Below, piece by piece: positions 47,585-61,511 of a stretch of DNA of 63,154 nt. How positions within the stretch are numbered: the stretch's first letter is position 1; each line of letters begins with the position of its first letter. The stretch comes from Atractiella rhizophila. Its lineage: Eukaryota. Under the pieces are notes generated by a model. That model had not been told where the DNA came from and did not search any database. It worked only from the letters and a program-made list of their open reading frames with translations. The translations under genes and the position numbers were made by a program. The stretch is from positions 62,001-125,154 of the forward strand of contig MU271247.1 of assembly GCA_021432655.1 (NCBI GenBank), written 5' to 3'.

Positions 47585-50259
47585 TCAATCAAATCCCACT
47601 CCTGCTCCAACGGGACAGTCGTTGATATTCGCCTGCCAGTTCTGCTGAGCGTAAACAGGAAGATAAGTGTTGGTGCTGAAGTTGGTTGGCATGTAATAAC
47701 CGATATCATCCACCGTGTAATTTCCGCCAACAGAATTGAGAGCAGGAACGACGTAGCCTTCCCCAATAAAATCGAGGAAAACAACATCGACAACATCAGG
47801 CAAAGAGCCATCGGTGGGGAAGGAAGCATTGGCTTGGAGATCGTTGGGTAGGGGGTAAGATGGAATCGCAGAATGTGCAGTGTCGTCTCCTTCTCCCGTC
47901 AGGGAAAAGTCGTCTACTGTGACGTAGCCAGGGACTGTGTGTTCTGCTCGCGGAGGGATTCTATGGATTCCCCTGGTGAGGAGTGGGGTAGAACGACGCG
48001 CGAGAGGGTTTCCATGCGCATGAGAAAGAGGAGGGTCAAGGCAGTCCTCTCGCTTTCCGAACATGGTTTCGGAAAACACCTCCGTCTTGTATTCGGGATT
48101 AGGAGATGCCTCCCTCTTCGCTCTTCTGCGCTGGTAGGCTCCTTTGTTGAGGATATCGAGGACTTTAGATGCTTGGCCCCAAGGCACGTTTGGACCGGAT
48201 CGATCCAGTATTGATGTTTGGCGCACTGTTACTCAGCTTTGTCGCCTGCTGTGGAGACCTGTTATTGACGATCTTCAGGTTTATTGTGTACGTCGATCTT
48301 TTGATGTTTCCTGTGTATGTGTAGAAGATGTCACTCACATTGGTCTCTTTATCTTTAGGATCGCCTAAAGGGCTTGCATTAGATGCATTTCGTGGCTAAC
48401 TCTGTTGCTCTGTGTGATATCCTCAGTGCGTTCAATAACGCAAGTTCCACCTGTTAGTCCACCTGGTGCGGAACACATCGAGCGATTTGGAGTTCCGCTC
48501 CGTTCTCGTCGCAGAGAAGTTCGAGATCTACAATGTTAGTGATGCGTCTACGCCCTTCTTCGTGTCAAGCTTGTTTTGGGCAAGCCCCCAGCCGTGATAT
48601 TGCGCGAGCTTTCGCCGGTTCTCATCGAGTGCGATACCTCTTCAGTGGTGGATGGTGGCCGTCTGTGAGATGGGCTTGTGCGACTTCGTGCATCTGTTAA
48701 TGTGCGGCATCTCTTTTTGCACAAGGTGAGGATTAGGCAATTGATTGGGCCTCAACATTGACCCCTTAGATCTTGATGGACGAAAGGCTGCTTCCGTGAT
48801 AGGTGGACGATTCTTTACGTGACTTCAACTGACCTGTGATGCCATGGTACACTTCTAGCTGGTCAAGTACGTTCCAGTTTCTGTGACCAGTCGCCTGTAT
48901 GATCACCAGCCTCCATTGCTAGAACTGTCCTACCCTCCCGACCGTCAGCTTCCTCTTTGTCGCTACGATTGAGCAGCGCTTAACTTGCCGAACTAATGAG
49001 GAGGTTGGGCGTGATGATTGCCGATTCTACTTGGATTGGTACGTGATTGTGTAAGCCTACCGTCTGGTTCGTTTAACTCAAAACAGGTGTCCGTGGAACT
49101 ACTAGATATTATTTATATCAGGAGTCATCGAGGTTGTGTCCGATGCGGACGGTAGAGCTATCGTTATTGGCCATTCATACGCTGTTTCCGTATTTCATCC
49201 CGGCTTGCTAATGAACCAGTCTTGCTTCACAAATGGTCATCTCGGCGCCGGGCTGATGACCCTTCTCCGTGAGCTATCTTGTCTTTCTAGACATTTCCAG
49301 TGATGTCGGAGTGATTTGTGGATAGGCCATGATGCGCAGTCCATGGTCTAATGTTCATCTCGATTGTGTCTTTGCCTGATGCGTTGCAGGCTTGGAAAGC
49401 ATTCACCTTTCTTGAAGTACGTCGTAACTTGTCTGGCCAATGTAGTCAGTAGTCCGACACAGTGCTTGGATTGGCAATTTGGACGTTACTCGTTGGATTT
49501 TGCTCCCGGTAGGCTTTGCTGCAATTCCTAATGGTACTGGACCATTTTGTGACCTCTGTCCTGTAGAGTTGATGGTTTGCTAGAAGTGGTTAAGCGGTCG
49601 TATTGGATGTTGTCAGAGATTTGTACAGGAAGAGCAACGGCGCCATTGGGCGACCGCTCGACAGTCAAAAATGCGACAGACCATCGCGGCCATCGACATT
49701 TCTCAGTTCGGCTATACTCAGCCCGACTTCAATCCTTCAGAATTGCTTGTTGTCGATATTAAAGCCTTGCTCCAGGGACGTTCTGACTACAGTGCTCCTC
49801 TAAAGGAGCAAAGGTACGCATTTATCTCCCAGTCTTCTTCAATGACCTCTGTTGCAGTCCGAATTCCTGTGAGCTGTTGACACTCGCGAAGTCTCCCCAG
49901 TCGGCACTACCATTGTTCTGTTCTCCAAGATGCCCTTCTGTTGCATCCGTGGGTATGTGTGGTATTTATACATTTGATTCTAGGCTTCCCTTTGCATCCG
50001 TCTCCTCCTCTCTAGTGAACAGTGCTGCTGAGCCTTAGGTGGAATAGCAGGGAGGCTTGTACTCAGGCGAGGCGACAGCTGACCGCTGTAGGGTGAGTGG
50101 TAGCGCCCTGAGCATGTGGTTGGATGCGGTGAAGTCGGATGGCGCTTGTGCGTGCTAGCAATGGAGCACAAAGTGGTGGTGACCATAGCAACGTCGGTGC
50201 AAAGGTCTGGCGAGAGCGTGTTGTGGCTCAGCGCGCCGAGCGGTGGGTGGGACAGTCAT
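47585..50259 (-). pseudogene. Calcineurin-like metallophosphatase / 5'-nucleotidase (YHR202W-like): 5' three quarters decayed, 3' part intact
   Basis: Intact C-terminal PGYVTVDDF...GDDTAHSAIPSY...VDVVFLDFI. Upstream remnants lie in shifting frames: RCYG, RRMQ, TTHTHG (for TTDTHG), EGHLGEQNNGSADWGDFAS, VKQDWF, IGHN and INTGSIR. Confidence 0.8.
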
Positions 50260-51678
50260 TTTGGGAGTGTATGTACGGAAGTACATTGAAATGGTGAGCT
50301 GAAGCTAAGTGGCAACAATCAGAGGGTTTAAGTTTGGAGAGTGTGATGTCTACATACGAGTCTTCATCTCGGCGTCATTGCCTGGGCTTGCTTTTCTGTT
50401 CTGGTCATGGCGCGTTGGAGCTTTGCCAACTTGAAGTTGTCATGAAGTCAAGTGCAGTTGTCAGTTTCTATTTTAAACCGCACGGAGACGCCGCCCTTTC
50501 GCTTCGGATTGAGGATCTGTTTTCTGAAATATTGGAATCTATGCGGGGATAATGTGGATTGGGGTTTCGAACGAGACCATGCATGTCGATGTTGGAAGCA
50601 ATGTCCAGGTTGCGGTGTTTGTTCTAAGGGCCGACTGAGCAGGTCCGTTTTTCGGAAATTGTTTTCCACATTTCTCCATGTGCAGATTTCTTGTTTTGCT
50701 CACCTTCAGAAGTTTGCTATCGTGAAACATCATAGCTTGGTTTCTCAGTTATAGCACTTTGTGTTGGAGCTCTAACAAGCTGGATTCGTGTTTTCCAGGA
50801 CTGGGCGTGATAGCTTTACCTGTGTTCGCCCCAACCCCAACAGGTCTCCATCGGTCACAGTCTACCATTCTTGAACTTTCGGATCGCTAGACATGGCAGC
50901 GCCACGTCTCGGCATCCCAGTCCGTTCCGACGTATTTGAAGCTGGGGAAGAGGCGTTTCTGGGGCATCGAAGAGAATGGAATCTTTGGTTCTTTGTCAGC
51001 AAGAAATATCGGCTCTAAGACCGCTGGTCAAACTGCAGCATGGCGCTTGTAGTCTCCACTGGCCTTCCTTCGGATAGATCCATTGAACAACGCGCTTGAT
51101 TCTCCTGCCGTCTTTGGTGGCCCATGGCTGCAACATTTCGTGGCTAAGGCTTGGTACACTGCAGACTTGAAGTGAAGGTGACCACAAAGCCTTGACATAG
51201 CGGAATATCTGCTGTCAACTCTCACACCTTCACAATCGAATCGATGTTGATAATTGATGGCATATTGCGAGATCTCGCAACGTTGGAGGTGTCTTCCTTC
51301 TCGACCTACTCTGCGCTGTTTGATTACTGTAAGGAACAACTACCTGCGATATGTAATCTGGTGGAATCTGGTGGAATCGTTGCAATAAATCCTTCCACTG
51401 ACTCTTTCCGCAAACAGAATCCGGATTGACCCTTGATTATCGGAACTGTGGATTCTGCCTACTACACAATAAAATAGAATCGGATGGATCTAGATGGCTG
51501 TGCTATGATATGATAATATTCAAGCTTCAGGATAGACATTGCACGATACAAATACGCGCGCTAGCAGCACTGACACACACATGAAAGGCGAAATTGAAAA
51601 CAAGAAACAAATTGCTTGTACATGCAAGTGTGTCTTACTTCCATATCCAAACGAAAGACGAGTGTTCGACGATACCTT

Positions 51679-54017
51679 TTATGTCTCGACTGTTGGTGAC
51701 ACAATTTCCGGCTCCTCAGTTGTTGCGTCCTCGTCGGCGATTGACTCCCCTGGTGGCCGTGCTACGTTCGTTGCTTCCCTAGCCTTGATGTTGAAGGGGT
51801 TGACAGCACGATACTCTTCCTTCTTTCGCTTGATCTCACGATCCTTGAGCGCGATAGCTTTTCTTACCTCCGCAGTTTGAGGGACGATCCTCTTCAGGGC
51901 TGCCTTCTCGTGCGACAAAGCTAACCCGCAAGTAAACATCAACGATGCAAGGGCAAGAACAAGAACGACAGACCTCTAACCTCCTTTCCCAACTTCCACT
52001 GAACCGTCGACTCTCTCAATTCCTTCTGCTTCTGTTTTTCCCTTTTCTTTTCCTCTCGTTGCTCCTTAGCTAGTTCAGGCTCAGATCTGCACAAGTTCAC
52101 CTTCTCTTCTCGCGCTTTCTGTTGGCTGTCTAGTTCCTGCCTCCAAGCCCGCGTGGCCAGCTGATTTGGGTGTCCTTGTGGTAAAGGTGGATTGACGAAA
52201 CCCAGGAGCGGTGGGGAGCGGTCGATATCTTGACATGAGATTGGAGGAAGCTGCAAAACGCAAGATAGAGGCTTGAGGGACACTTTTTGGGCGCCTGTGG
52301 CTGCCATCCCATTGGAGCACGATGTTTGTCCAATTTTGACATGCAGCGTAGTTGGGAAAGAATGGGAAGGTTCGAGTTCGTCTGTCAAGGGGCGATCTGG
52401 TAAATGTGAGGTAAGGATATTTTCTGAGTTCGCAGCTGGGGAAGAAGTAATTGGAACCGAGGAGGCCAGAGGTTGAGTCGGAGAACGTAGGTGAACAGGA
52501 GCAGAGAAAGCGAAATGTGGTATCTGGATCGTTTGACGAGAGGAGAGGAGTGGTCTGACATTGCCTTCGTTTGGATCTGAGTTAGCTGTCACGAAAATTG
52601 ACTCTGTGTTCATTTGCGACGTCGCATCCAATGTCGATTGCAACGATGCAACAAGTGGTCTTCTGAAAGTTAGACCCGAAGAGGGTTGAGCCTCCACTGC
52701 TTGTACAGGCGGGACGAACCAAGGTCTGCTGGTCGACTGGTTGGCGCGGGAAAGTAAGGTCTGAATGTGAGTCTAGAGGATAAAGGAGGATGTTGGACGA
52801 ATGAGTCCAAACTTGTCCGTTCACCTTTCACGCTGCTTTGGGGGTATCTAAGACCTGTCGAACTTCCTTCTGCTGGAACTGAATGTGCAGCAAGCTCCAT
52901 TCGCTGAACATGTTCCTGGGACTTGCGTTGAACTTTTTTCGGAACAGGTTCTCGCCCAGATGTCAAGGAGGAGGGCAACGTCTCTGGTGGGAATGAAGCT
53001 ACAAAGGATGTGTCCTGAGACGTTGATGATGTCGCTGGGGAGGTATCCGAGGCTGAAGATATGGACGATTGTCTCGACTGCGGTAGCTGGAAAGATAAGA
53101 AAGGACGCTCCGAGTTCGCCGCTGGAGAAAAGGACGACGAGTGTGCGATCGAAGGATGGCTATCTCTAGGCGTAGAGCGCGTGAGCATAGCTGAGGTGGA
53201 ACACATCTGCCCCTCCGCAAAAATGGAGAGATTTGTTTGTTTTTGAAGAGAGGTTGGGTTATTTGAGGTGGCCATTGGAAAATGAGACGTGGATGAAGTT
53301 ACATTTAGAGCACGCCTGCTTATTCCTCTGTTTCCTTCACCTGAAGTGGGAAACCCGAAGGCTTGTGCGTAACCTCGTTTGCGTAGCTGAGACCTAGTAT
53401 TTGGGTAGATCGCAGGAAAAGGGAGTTGCAGGACATCCTCGTACGATGTTGTGCGGGTCATCTCTTGTTTCGCATCCCAAGACGCGACGAGTGGCGTATT
53501 GACATGAAAAGGACTCGAAGAAAGGCGAGAGTGGTGTTCCTTGTTCTTCAGTACCTCTCCTTGGGGTAGCAGAACAGCAGGAGAGGAATATGAATATGCT
53601 GAAGCACTTGATGGGAAAGAGGCAGGAACACAGGAGGAAGAGGAGGAGATGGGAGAGGTACGGGATCGAATTGGCGGCGATGTCAATGCAGAAGGAGAAA
53701 GCTTTGCAGAAACTAAGTTTATCTCTGCGGACGAGGATCTAGAAGATAGTCTTGAGGAGGCTACGGGTTCTAGGTCCCGTCGTGTGGATCTCGACCTGCT
53801 TCGTTTTCGTCAAACAAATTGTCTCGTAGCTCAAAGAAATAGCCCACTTATTTGGCTCTAGACAGATCTCCTTTGCTCCTTGAGATTCTCTAGACATGTG
53901 CACGAGCATTGCTGTAGCTGTTGTCAGGACATTCTGCTGAAAAGCAGCAATTTGATCTGGCGGAATTCGAAACTCGTTGTCGGATGAATCAGAGTCGGAT
54001 TGAAGGTGGAAGCGCCT
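51679..54017 (-). CDS. Ser/Pro-rich disordered hypothetical protein with a C-terminal coiled coil (apparent frameshift near 52710; start unresolved)
   Basis: ORFs 52670-53686 and 51939-52697 overlap in different frames with the same composition. A spliced upstream exon (about 53849-54015) and a last exon (to 51679) fit the frame. Confidence 0.65.
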
Positions 54018-54353
54018 AACATGTCAGGGGTAATTATTCGTAGGTAACGCCACAAAGGACGAGAACATTAATGACGAGAGGATCTGTACCCTGTACCCAA
54101 AAAAAAATGGGATAACCAAGGGATAACGACGAACAAGGGTGATAACCAAGATTAGGTTTGCAATCCGTAAGCCGTCGTTTTTTTATCAATCGCCAATCGC
54201 TTGCTGAGGAGCCATAGCGCCGACGCTTGCTTGCAAGGAAAAGCACTTGCAGACATCTATACCTATACTACACAACATAACACAGCCTAATTTATCGAAG
54301 CGAAGCTCTTATAATCAAAATCTTCACGTCAACTTCATCTCGAATCTGTGCTT

Positions 54354-55340
54354 TTACCACGGCAGTCCCGGCAGATCAATAGCGAATAGGTTGTCTGTTG
54401 CCTCCGGTAAAAGGTTGTCAATGATGGCAAGTTGCTTCTCAACACTTTCATGGGGATAAAGAGGTGGGGCATCCGTTCCCGCCATATCTGTCTTGACAAA
54501 GCCCTGCGACGGTTGTAAGTGAATCTGCGAGGCGGAAGGACAGAAAACGTACAGGATGAAGCGAAATAATCGAGAATCCCTCCTTTTTGTATTCCATATC
54601 CATCTTTCTCATCGCCATGTGCAATGCTATGAGAAATTTAGCCCAAGTTCTTTTAGCTTTGAGCAAGTGCAACTTACCCGCTTTTGAGATCGAATAGTCC
54701 CCTGTAGTTCCTACTCCGTTGCCGAAATCTTTCGTCGCGACAAGCTTGAGCGATCCGAGAGTACTGCCTGATGAGATGACCTTCTTCTCCGTTCCTCTCC
54801 TGAGGAGCGGAACGAATGCTTTCGTCGTCATTATAGGCCCACTGCTTCTCTATTAGAAGTGTATTGATGCGGACAGACAAAGCTCACAGGACGTTAACTC
54901 GTACTGCTTCCATGATGTTTTCCATTTTGATGGTGCTGAAGGGGTCAGCATTCCCGACTCCGCTGGGGGCAACTCCTGCACTGCAGAATGGTGTCAGTTC
55001 CACTCTGAACCCTGGATTAAAGTCTCTCACTTGTTGATTAATACATCGACGTGATCGGTATTTCTCTCAACTTCCCGCACTGCTTCCTACTCAGAGTTGT
55101 CAGCCCACAGGTTCCGTTCTTGTCACCATGACCTGCACGTACAAAAATATCTTCCTCTTGCGCAACGTCTGCCTTGACAATGAAAACTTGTCCTTTCTTC
55201 TCGCTTTCAAGTTCGAGAAGCCTCTGTGACGTCTTTCGAACGATGGCGAATACCTTGTTGGAAGGGTTGGAAGAGAGGAGTTCAATCCAGGCGAGCCCTA
55301 GACCTTTGGCTGCTCCAGTAACCACGAAAACTCGAACCAT
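54354..55340 (-). CDS. Short-chain dehydrogenase/reductase (CsgA/C-factor-like)
   Basis: VVTGAAKGLG Rossmann motif, DVLIN|NSAG, YSISK catalytic motif and SLHP|GFVKTDM. Confidence 0.92.
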
Positions 55341-57416
55341 TGTGTTTTGCTGCTCGTTTCTGATTTCTATGCTTTGATGTTTGATGGAGGGGCTTCGAGT
55401 TCAGCTGCGCCATTTATATATGTGCTCACGGCAAGCTGAGCAACAGTCCGCGGAAGCTCATCGAAGGTATCGCTGACGGTGCTGACAACTCTCTGTTGTA
55501 GAACATAGACCTATCATGATGCATCAGCAACAACAACGGGACGAGGAACGAAGGGAGGTAGCTGCTAGAAAGCTATCCGGTCATGTCAATTCATTCTCTT
55601 TCCAGAAACCGGGTAATATCAATTCATTTGCTGACCGGAAACCAACCCGATTCCGACAACCGCTTCCCGCGCTTTTCTTCCGAGCCAGAGCTGGGTGCCA
55701 TCATTTCGCACAGGTCTAGCGGGGTGCATGGAGTTCCCATCTGCCAGTCCATCTGCTCCTGGGGCAGTTATTCTTTCGCCACTCGCTTTTCGCGGGGATA
55801 TTGGACCTCAGACGCGAAAACATGCAAGAGTGATCCAGAGCCACCGGACTAGCAAAGTAGATACTTAGAGAGAGAGCCAAAACGAAGCAGAGCAGCCTGC
55901 CCAAGGCGAGAGTGCACCATCCATGCCACTCCAGACGAAACGTTATGGCTGTGGAGCACAGCTTCTTTGCTGAACCTCGCCAAGACACAGAAACAGACGC
56001 ATAACGCGATTTAAGAAAACGTTTAAAGCAAGCAGGGGAGCGCTGAACAAACCAATGTCGATTTATTGATAAGTGCAACGAGGCATGGCTGAGAGTGGAG
56101 ATATGTCTTGATTGAACAGCCATCTTTGAAAATGTGTCTCTATCTACTTCCGTGCTTACCACGCAAGGTCTGCAAAGGGGCACAATTAATTACACAAAAA
56201 CAAAAATTGAGTACATCTACAGGCTGACGACGTCCTAATGTTGTAAACTGCAGGTAATGTCGATGTTGTCTCATACCTTGCTATGACTGCATACATAGAT
56301 CCAATAAATAGAAGCGTAAACTTCACTTCATAAGCCAGCATTCGGCCCAAATAAGAAAGACCCTTCATTTATCACTTCATCTCTCTCCGGCTCACCTGTA
56401 AGCAGGGACTATCTGATACATATTCCACGTATTGCCACACCCTAAGCTATCACTTAAATTCTGAGGCAATAAGCGCTAATAAGCGTCTGTTCTAAGAGAG
56501 AGGGAACTTGCATCGAAGTGCTTTGGGGTTCTAGCATCTGGTTCTCCACACATCCATATACAGTATAAGCTGTTAGGTACATCGTTCTCTTTCGCCAAAA
56601 TTCATCTGAAGGGAAAACTCAGAGAGAACGTTGAGGACAGCATCAATACCTTGACCAGCACCTTCAAACCATTAGTTCTCCACCGTCCTCCATCCATTCC
56701 ACTCCACGAACGCGCAACTCATGTGCCAATCTCGGACATCTCTTCGCGCGCTCATCTATCTCCACTCGTTCCTGCCTGTCCAACCAACAACGCGCCAACG
56801 GCTAGCCTGTGGCAGAGCCTGTGGAAACATTCAAGTGTTGGCATCTGTCTGTGTACCAACCGTGACCGTTTGAAAATGCGTCATAAAGCCGTCGGGAGAG
56901 AAATCCGATGGAGAATGATGTTGACTCCACTTCAAAAGGACTCAGCTGGCGAAGCGACTCGGCGCTTTCTCCTCTCCCAACCACCATCAAATCGTCGGTC
57001 TGATAAAAGGGTGATACTCCAGCGTACCCTCACGCCGGGCTCAAAAGGTGGGTTTCTTCCCTCTCCAATTGAATCTAGAGCAGGAGTACCGAGTTTCATG
57101 GGAAACAGGTGCTGCAGTATTTAAAAGGACTCCACAACTGATAACAGTCGTAACAGGGCGATACCTTGGGACTGTGAGGACTGATTTTCTGGTGAGTTTC
57201 GGCATCGCTGGTTCTTCGGCATCGCTGACATGATTCGGTTCTTTCGGGTGTTTGCTTTTCTCCATTACTTGCGACACCTTAGAAACGAGAGCAAGGACTC
57301 AAGATATCCCAGTCGGAAGTCGGAAAAGTGCATATTCAATTCATTGATATCTATAAAATGTTCGCCTTTTCCTACTTTTCTCAAAAATTCTTCGCTCACA
57401 TCCATCTTCCCCCAAG

Positions 57417-58867
57417 ATGGATCCCCTCCTCTCTTCCCATCACCTGGCGCGGGCTATTCACCTCATCGCACGTCAAACTTCTGGCTCGACAGTTCCAGGG
57501 ACGAACTTGACGGTAGAACAATACTGCAACTTAGTGGATGCCACCTCTCCCAAGCCTTATGATTTGCCAGGCTATGATCCCGCCAGGGACTTGTGTAATC
57601 CCTACCGATATATCCCAAGCGAAGCTTGGGGATGGATTAGTGTTGCTCTTTTGTGCGTTTTTCTCTGCTCTCTCACTTGACTTCTAGTTTCTTTGTGACG
57701 CATTTGTTCTTGATGACAGTGGCATAACGACCATTCTGCATCTGTACCAAACCATCGCGTCCCGACGTTGGTGGCTATTCAATTGGGTAGCTGGTGGCTT
57801 CTTGGAAACTCTCGGATGGGTAGGACGAGGAATTGGACATTCTGATCCATATTCGAGGAACGCGTTTATCATCCAAATCTGCTGTCTCGTTATTGCGCCG
57901 GCTTTCTTTTCGTTCGTGTTCCTCGTCTCCATGTCGAGAGGAAGAGAGATGGTCTGACTTCAATTGTTGACAGCGCGGCGATTTACGGACTTCTTGGATG
58001 GGCTATTACTGCTCTTTCCCCCCGCCATTCCTTGATCAAACCACATAGATATTGGATGGTCTTTGTACGTTTCTTCTTCCTTTCGTTTCGTCCTTTACGC
58101 TGATGTCTGTGTATTCTGCCTGCAGATTTCAGGAGACATAGCTTCACTTGTCATTCAAGGTATTGGAGGAGGCGTTGCGAGCGCAGGAAGCAACCAGAAC
58201 GACCCAAAGAAGCTGAAGACTGGTAGCAACATTATGGTTCGTACCTAATTTCCCTTTAACCCTTACAACTCTGATGAAGGTCGGTTTCTCTTTACCAACA
58301 CAGCTGGCTGGAATTATCATTCAGTTGGCTGTCATGATTATATTCTGTGGTTTCGCATTGCATTTCTGGTACGGATTCAAGCGATCAAACTTGCGCCAAT
58401 ACGTGAAGAGGACAAGGGGACTGGAGAAGATTCATTATCTCGGTTATGGCTTGGTCGTCGGGAGTGCAGTGATCATCCTTCGAGGTATCTACCGAGTGGT
58501 TGAATTGGCAGAGGGGTGGAGGGGTCATTTGAGTGCGTTTGCCTTTCCTTGTACTTCCAACTGGCAAACGGAGAGCTGACGCGGATTTGCATCGATAGTG
58601 CTCCATGAATTTTTCTTCCTCCTCGACATGTTGCCTTGTATCATCTGTCTCCTGACTTTCAACATCGTCGCACCTCTCTACACCCTCCCACGCGGTTACC
58701 CAACCGCTAATGACCTCGCACAACAGGCTGGAGAACCGCTTCCATATCCCCCAAAGGAGGAAGATGGCGAGATGAAAAGGGACAGTGGGAGTGATCAGGG
58801 TACGAGAGTTGGTGGAACGGACGACTGGAAGGATGACAAGGGACATAAAGAGAAGGAGAGCGAGTGA
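57417..58867 (+). CDS. RTA1/RSB1-like 7-TM lipid-translocating exporter
   Basis: PYRYIPS, GGFLETLGWVGR, FIIQICCLVIAPAFFS, F..GDIASLVIQGIGGGVAS and RGIYRVVELAEGW. Confidence 0.92.
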
Positions 58868-59437
58868 AAAGTGCTGGCAAATTCGCTATGTTGAGATTCT
58901 TCTGCACTAGATTGAACATGTACAATGCCCACTGAGCACAACGGCTCAAGAAGTCACTAGCGTAACTGGAAGTCACAACGTTCCGATCTCAATGGTGGGA
59001 AATGATTTTTAATCACGCTAGAGCTTCAGGGTCGCCTGTTGTGAACTTCTGTCTACCTCCCTATCAGCGGACGTGCTTTTGCATCACTTGAGGATGAAAG
59101 CAGGTTCTGCCCTCGTTCTGCGACGATCTGAGATAGATATTAGAGTTTGCTGCGCCGAAACACTGTCCAGGATCAGTTTGCCAGCTAACCTTAATTTTGG
59201 CCTCTGTGGCGGAACGTGCTCTAGGATTTCAACACAAACAGGGAGCATGCGTCGCCAGAACGCTTTGGTGCAATTATAGCGTCTGAGTCCAATATCAATG
59301 GAAGCCAAGTGATTTTCGTGATGCTCATGATAACGCGTAGTCTTGCACCTCAGCTACTTAACGTTTTCACTGACTGAGTGTTGGTAGCATCCTCCTTTAC
59401 TCTCTTTGTCGGACTTTCTCTTCTACTAGCAATCTAC

Positions 59438-61314
59438 ATGCGATCCACAATCCTCTCTTCTATCTCCTACCCTCTGCTCTTCCTTCATCGCGACAATTCA
59501 GCTTCCGCTTCGTACATCCCACCTGAAGCCTTGTCAGCTGCTCAACAAGACACTGTGCTTGCAAACAAAGATGGAGTCTATAGCTCTTCTACGACTCCTG
59601 CACACCTTCCTTGGGTAAGGCCATATTTATCCTGGCACCTTCTTCTGAACGCCTGCAGAACACATACAATTACTGCAATGCTCCGCATATCAAACCGTCC
59701 CACTATGTTCTTCCCAGTCCTGTCGGCGAGTCCACTTCCGAGCCAAAGCTGCTGCACGTAACGATTTTCATGCGCCATCACAAGCGGACACCTGACAACC
59801 TATACCCATCCGAGAATGCTCTCAATGCACAGGAGTGGGACTGCTCTTCCTTCCACCAGTTCAACTATGGAGCGATTGAAGGGGTGTCGCAAGGGAGGGC
59901 AGTATGGCATGAGACGAATACCCCGGATTGGCACCCGTTTATAAGTTCAGTATGGAACGGAAGTTGCGCTCCTGGTTAGTTACATTCGCTTTGTCGATGG
60001 ATTAAACTGATCAAAGCTGTGTGGGTAGGACAATTAACGCAGGGCGGCTTTGAGGATGCGATGGCTCATGGTCGGGTGTGTTTTCTTTTGTTCTGGAAGA
60101 AGTGAGCTGACTCTCCGCTGGCTCTGAAGGATCTCTACTCGGTTTATGGTCCGGACAAGCTAGGGCTCCTTTCTTCTTCAAACGAAGAAGAGGTCTACTT
60201 GCGCACTTCCAATTCTGATCGCACATTCCAGGTTAGTCTGTCTTTCCCACTCGCCTCTCCCTCCAGAATACTTCCTTGCTCAATGCACCCCCAGGTAGCA
60301 TCAGCGCTCCTCCGCGCATTCTCTCCGTCTCCCAACACAAACGGATCAAGCTGGCGAGCACATACCCAGCCATCCAACATCGACTCTTTAGTACCCTCCT
60401 ACCCGTGTCCGAGAGCGGATTCGTTGCGCGGAGAGATAAACAGCTCACCCACCTTTCAGGAGCATTTGAAGAACAACTCGGCTGTTGCAGAGAGACTAGG
60501 CAACTTGTTAGGGACGCGAGGGATGACGGGTTGGGAGAATTGGTGTGCGTCTCTGATTTTACTTGAACTCTGACTTATGAAGGACAAACACAGTCGATAA
60601 ATACTTTGATAGTTTTACTTCAAGGACCTGTGCTGGTGTGAAGCTACCTTGTAACACGACTAGGGGGGAATGCGTGAGTGAGGGCGACGCGAGAACGGTG
60701 TTCCAAGCCGGAGACTGGGAATATAAGTGGGTCACATCCCCTATTTTCATTTTTCATGTTGAAAGAATGGTCGCCTGAATTATCTGGCAATAGTTATATA
60801 TGGAACGAAGCGGCACGAGCGAAAGAGTATTCAAAACTGGGATTTAGTACGTCCTTTTCCCACGCCCCTTCCGAAGCTGATCGCAAGAAGGTGTCATGTT
60901 CCAAGAGCTCGTACTGCTGTTCCAATCCATCAAAAGAGGCGAGGAGTCCCATAAACTTCGCCTTTACGTACGTATTATTGGATTAGGCGAGTTCGCCATG
61001 CTAGTGCTGAGCGTCATGCAGATTGGACACGACGGATCCATGATCCGCCTGCTTTCAGTACTGGACTTTCCCTCTCCCATTCGTTGGCCAGCGTTAGGGA
61101 GCGAAGTGGCGATGGAAGTAATCTTCTCAAATTACCCAAGTTGATGAGGAGGCTGATGCTTTCGTAGGTGTGGGTGCATGGAGGGAAGAAGTTCGTGCGC
61201 GTCCTTTTCAACGGGGAAGTTGTGAAAGGATTCGAGTGGATGAATCTGGAAGAGTGGATTGGACGCCTGGAAGGAGGTGTGGTAGATGGGCTGAGCAAGG
61301 TCTGTTATGAGTAA
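59438..61314 (+). CDS. Secreted histidine acid phosphatase (branch 2)
   Basis: N-terminal hydrophobic leader, YNYCNAPH, RHHKRTP (RHGxRxP variant), GQLT..G, RTSNSDRT, GHDGSMIRL and WPALGSEV.ME. Confidence 0.9.
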
Positions 61315-61511
61315 TGGTTCAATTGCGTCTTGGTATGAAGGATCTATCCATCTTGGCAAATCTGCTTGGTAGGAGTGATCAACCTGAACAAAAATTTACC
61401 CTTGGCCCTGTCAATCAAACAAGGAGTGCAAGCGGCTTCAAACCAATCATTATTTGTCAAACTGGATGTTGCCAAAAGTGTATGATTTGCGCACAGTTGG
61501 AAGTAATCACA

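Noticed and set aside
50290..51430. Scattered + strand ORF fragments, possibly a gene relic
   Set aside because: Could not be assembled into a consistent frame or assigned to a family.
55500..57300. Short ORFs between the SDR and RTA1 genes
   Set aside because: No motifs or codon signal. Treated as divergent promoter or intergenic DNA.
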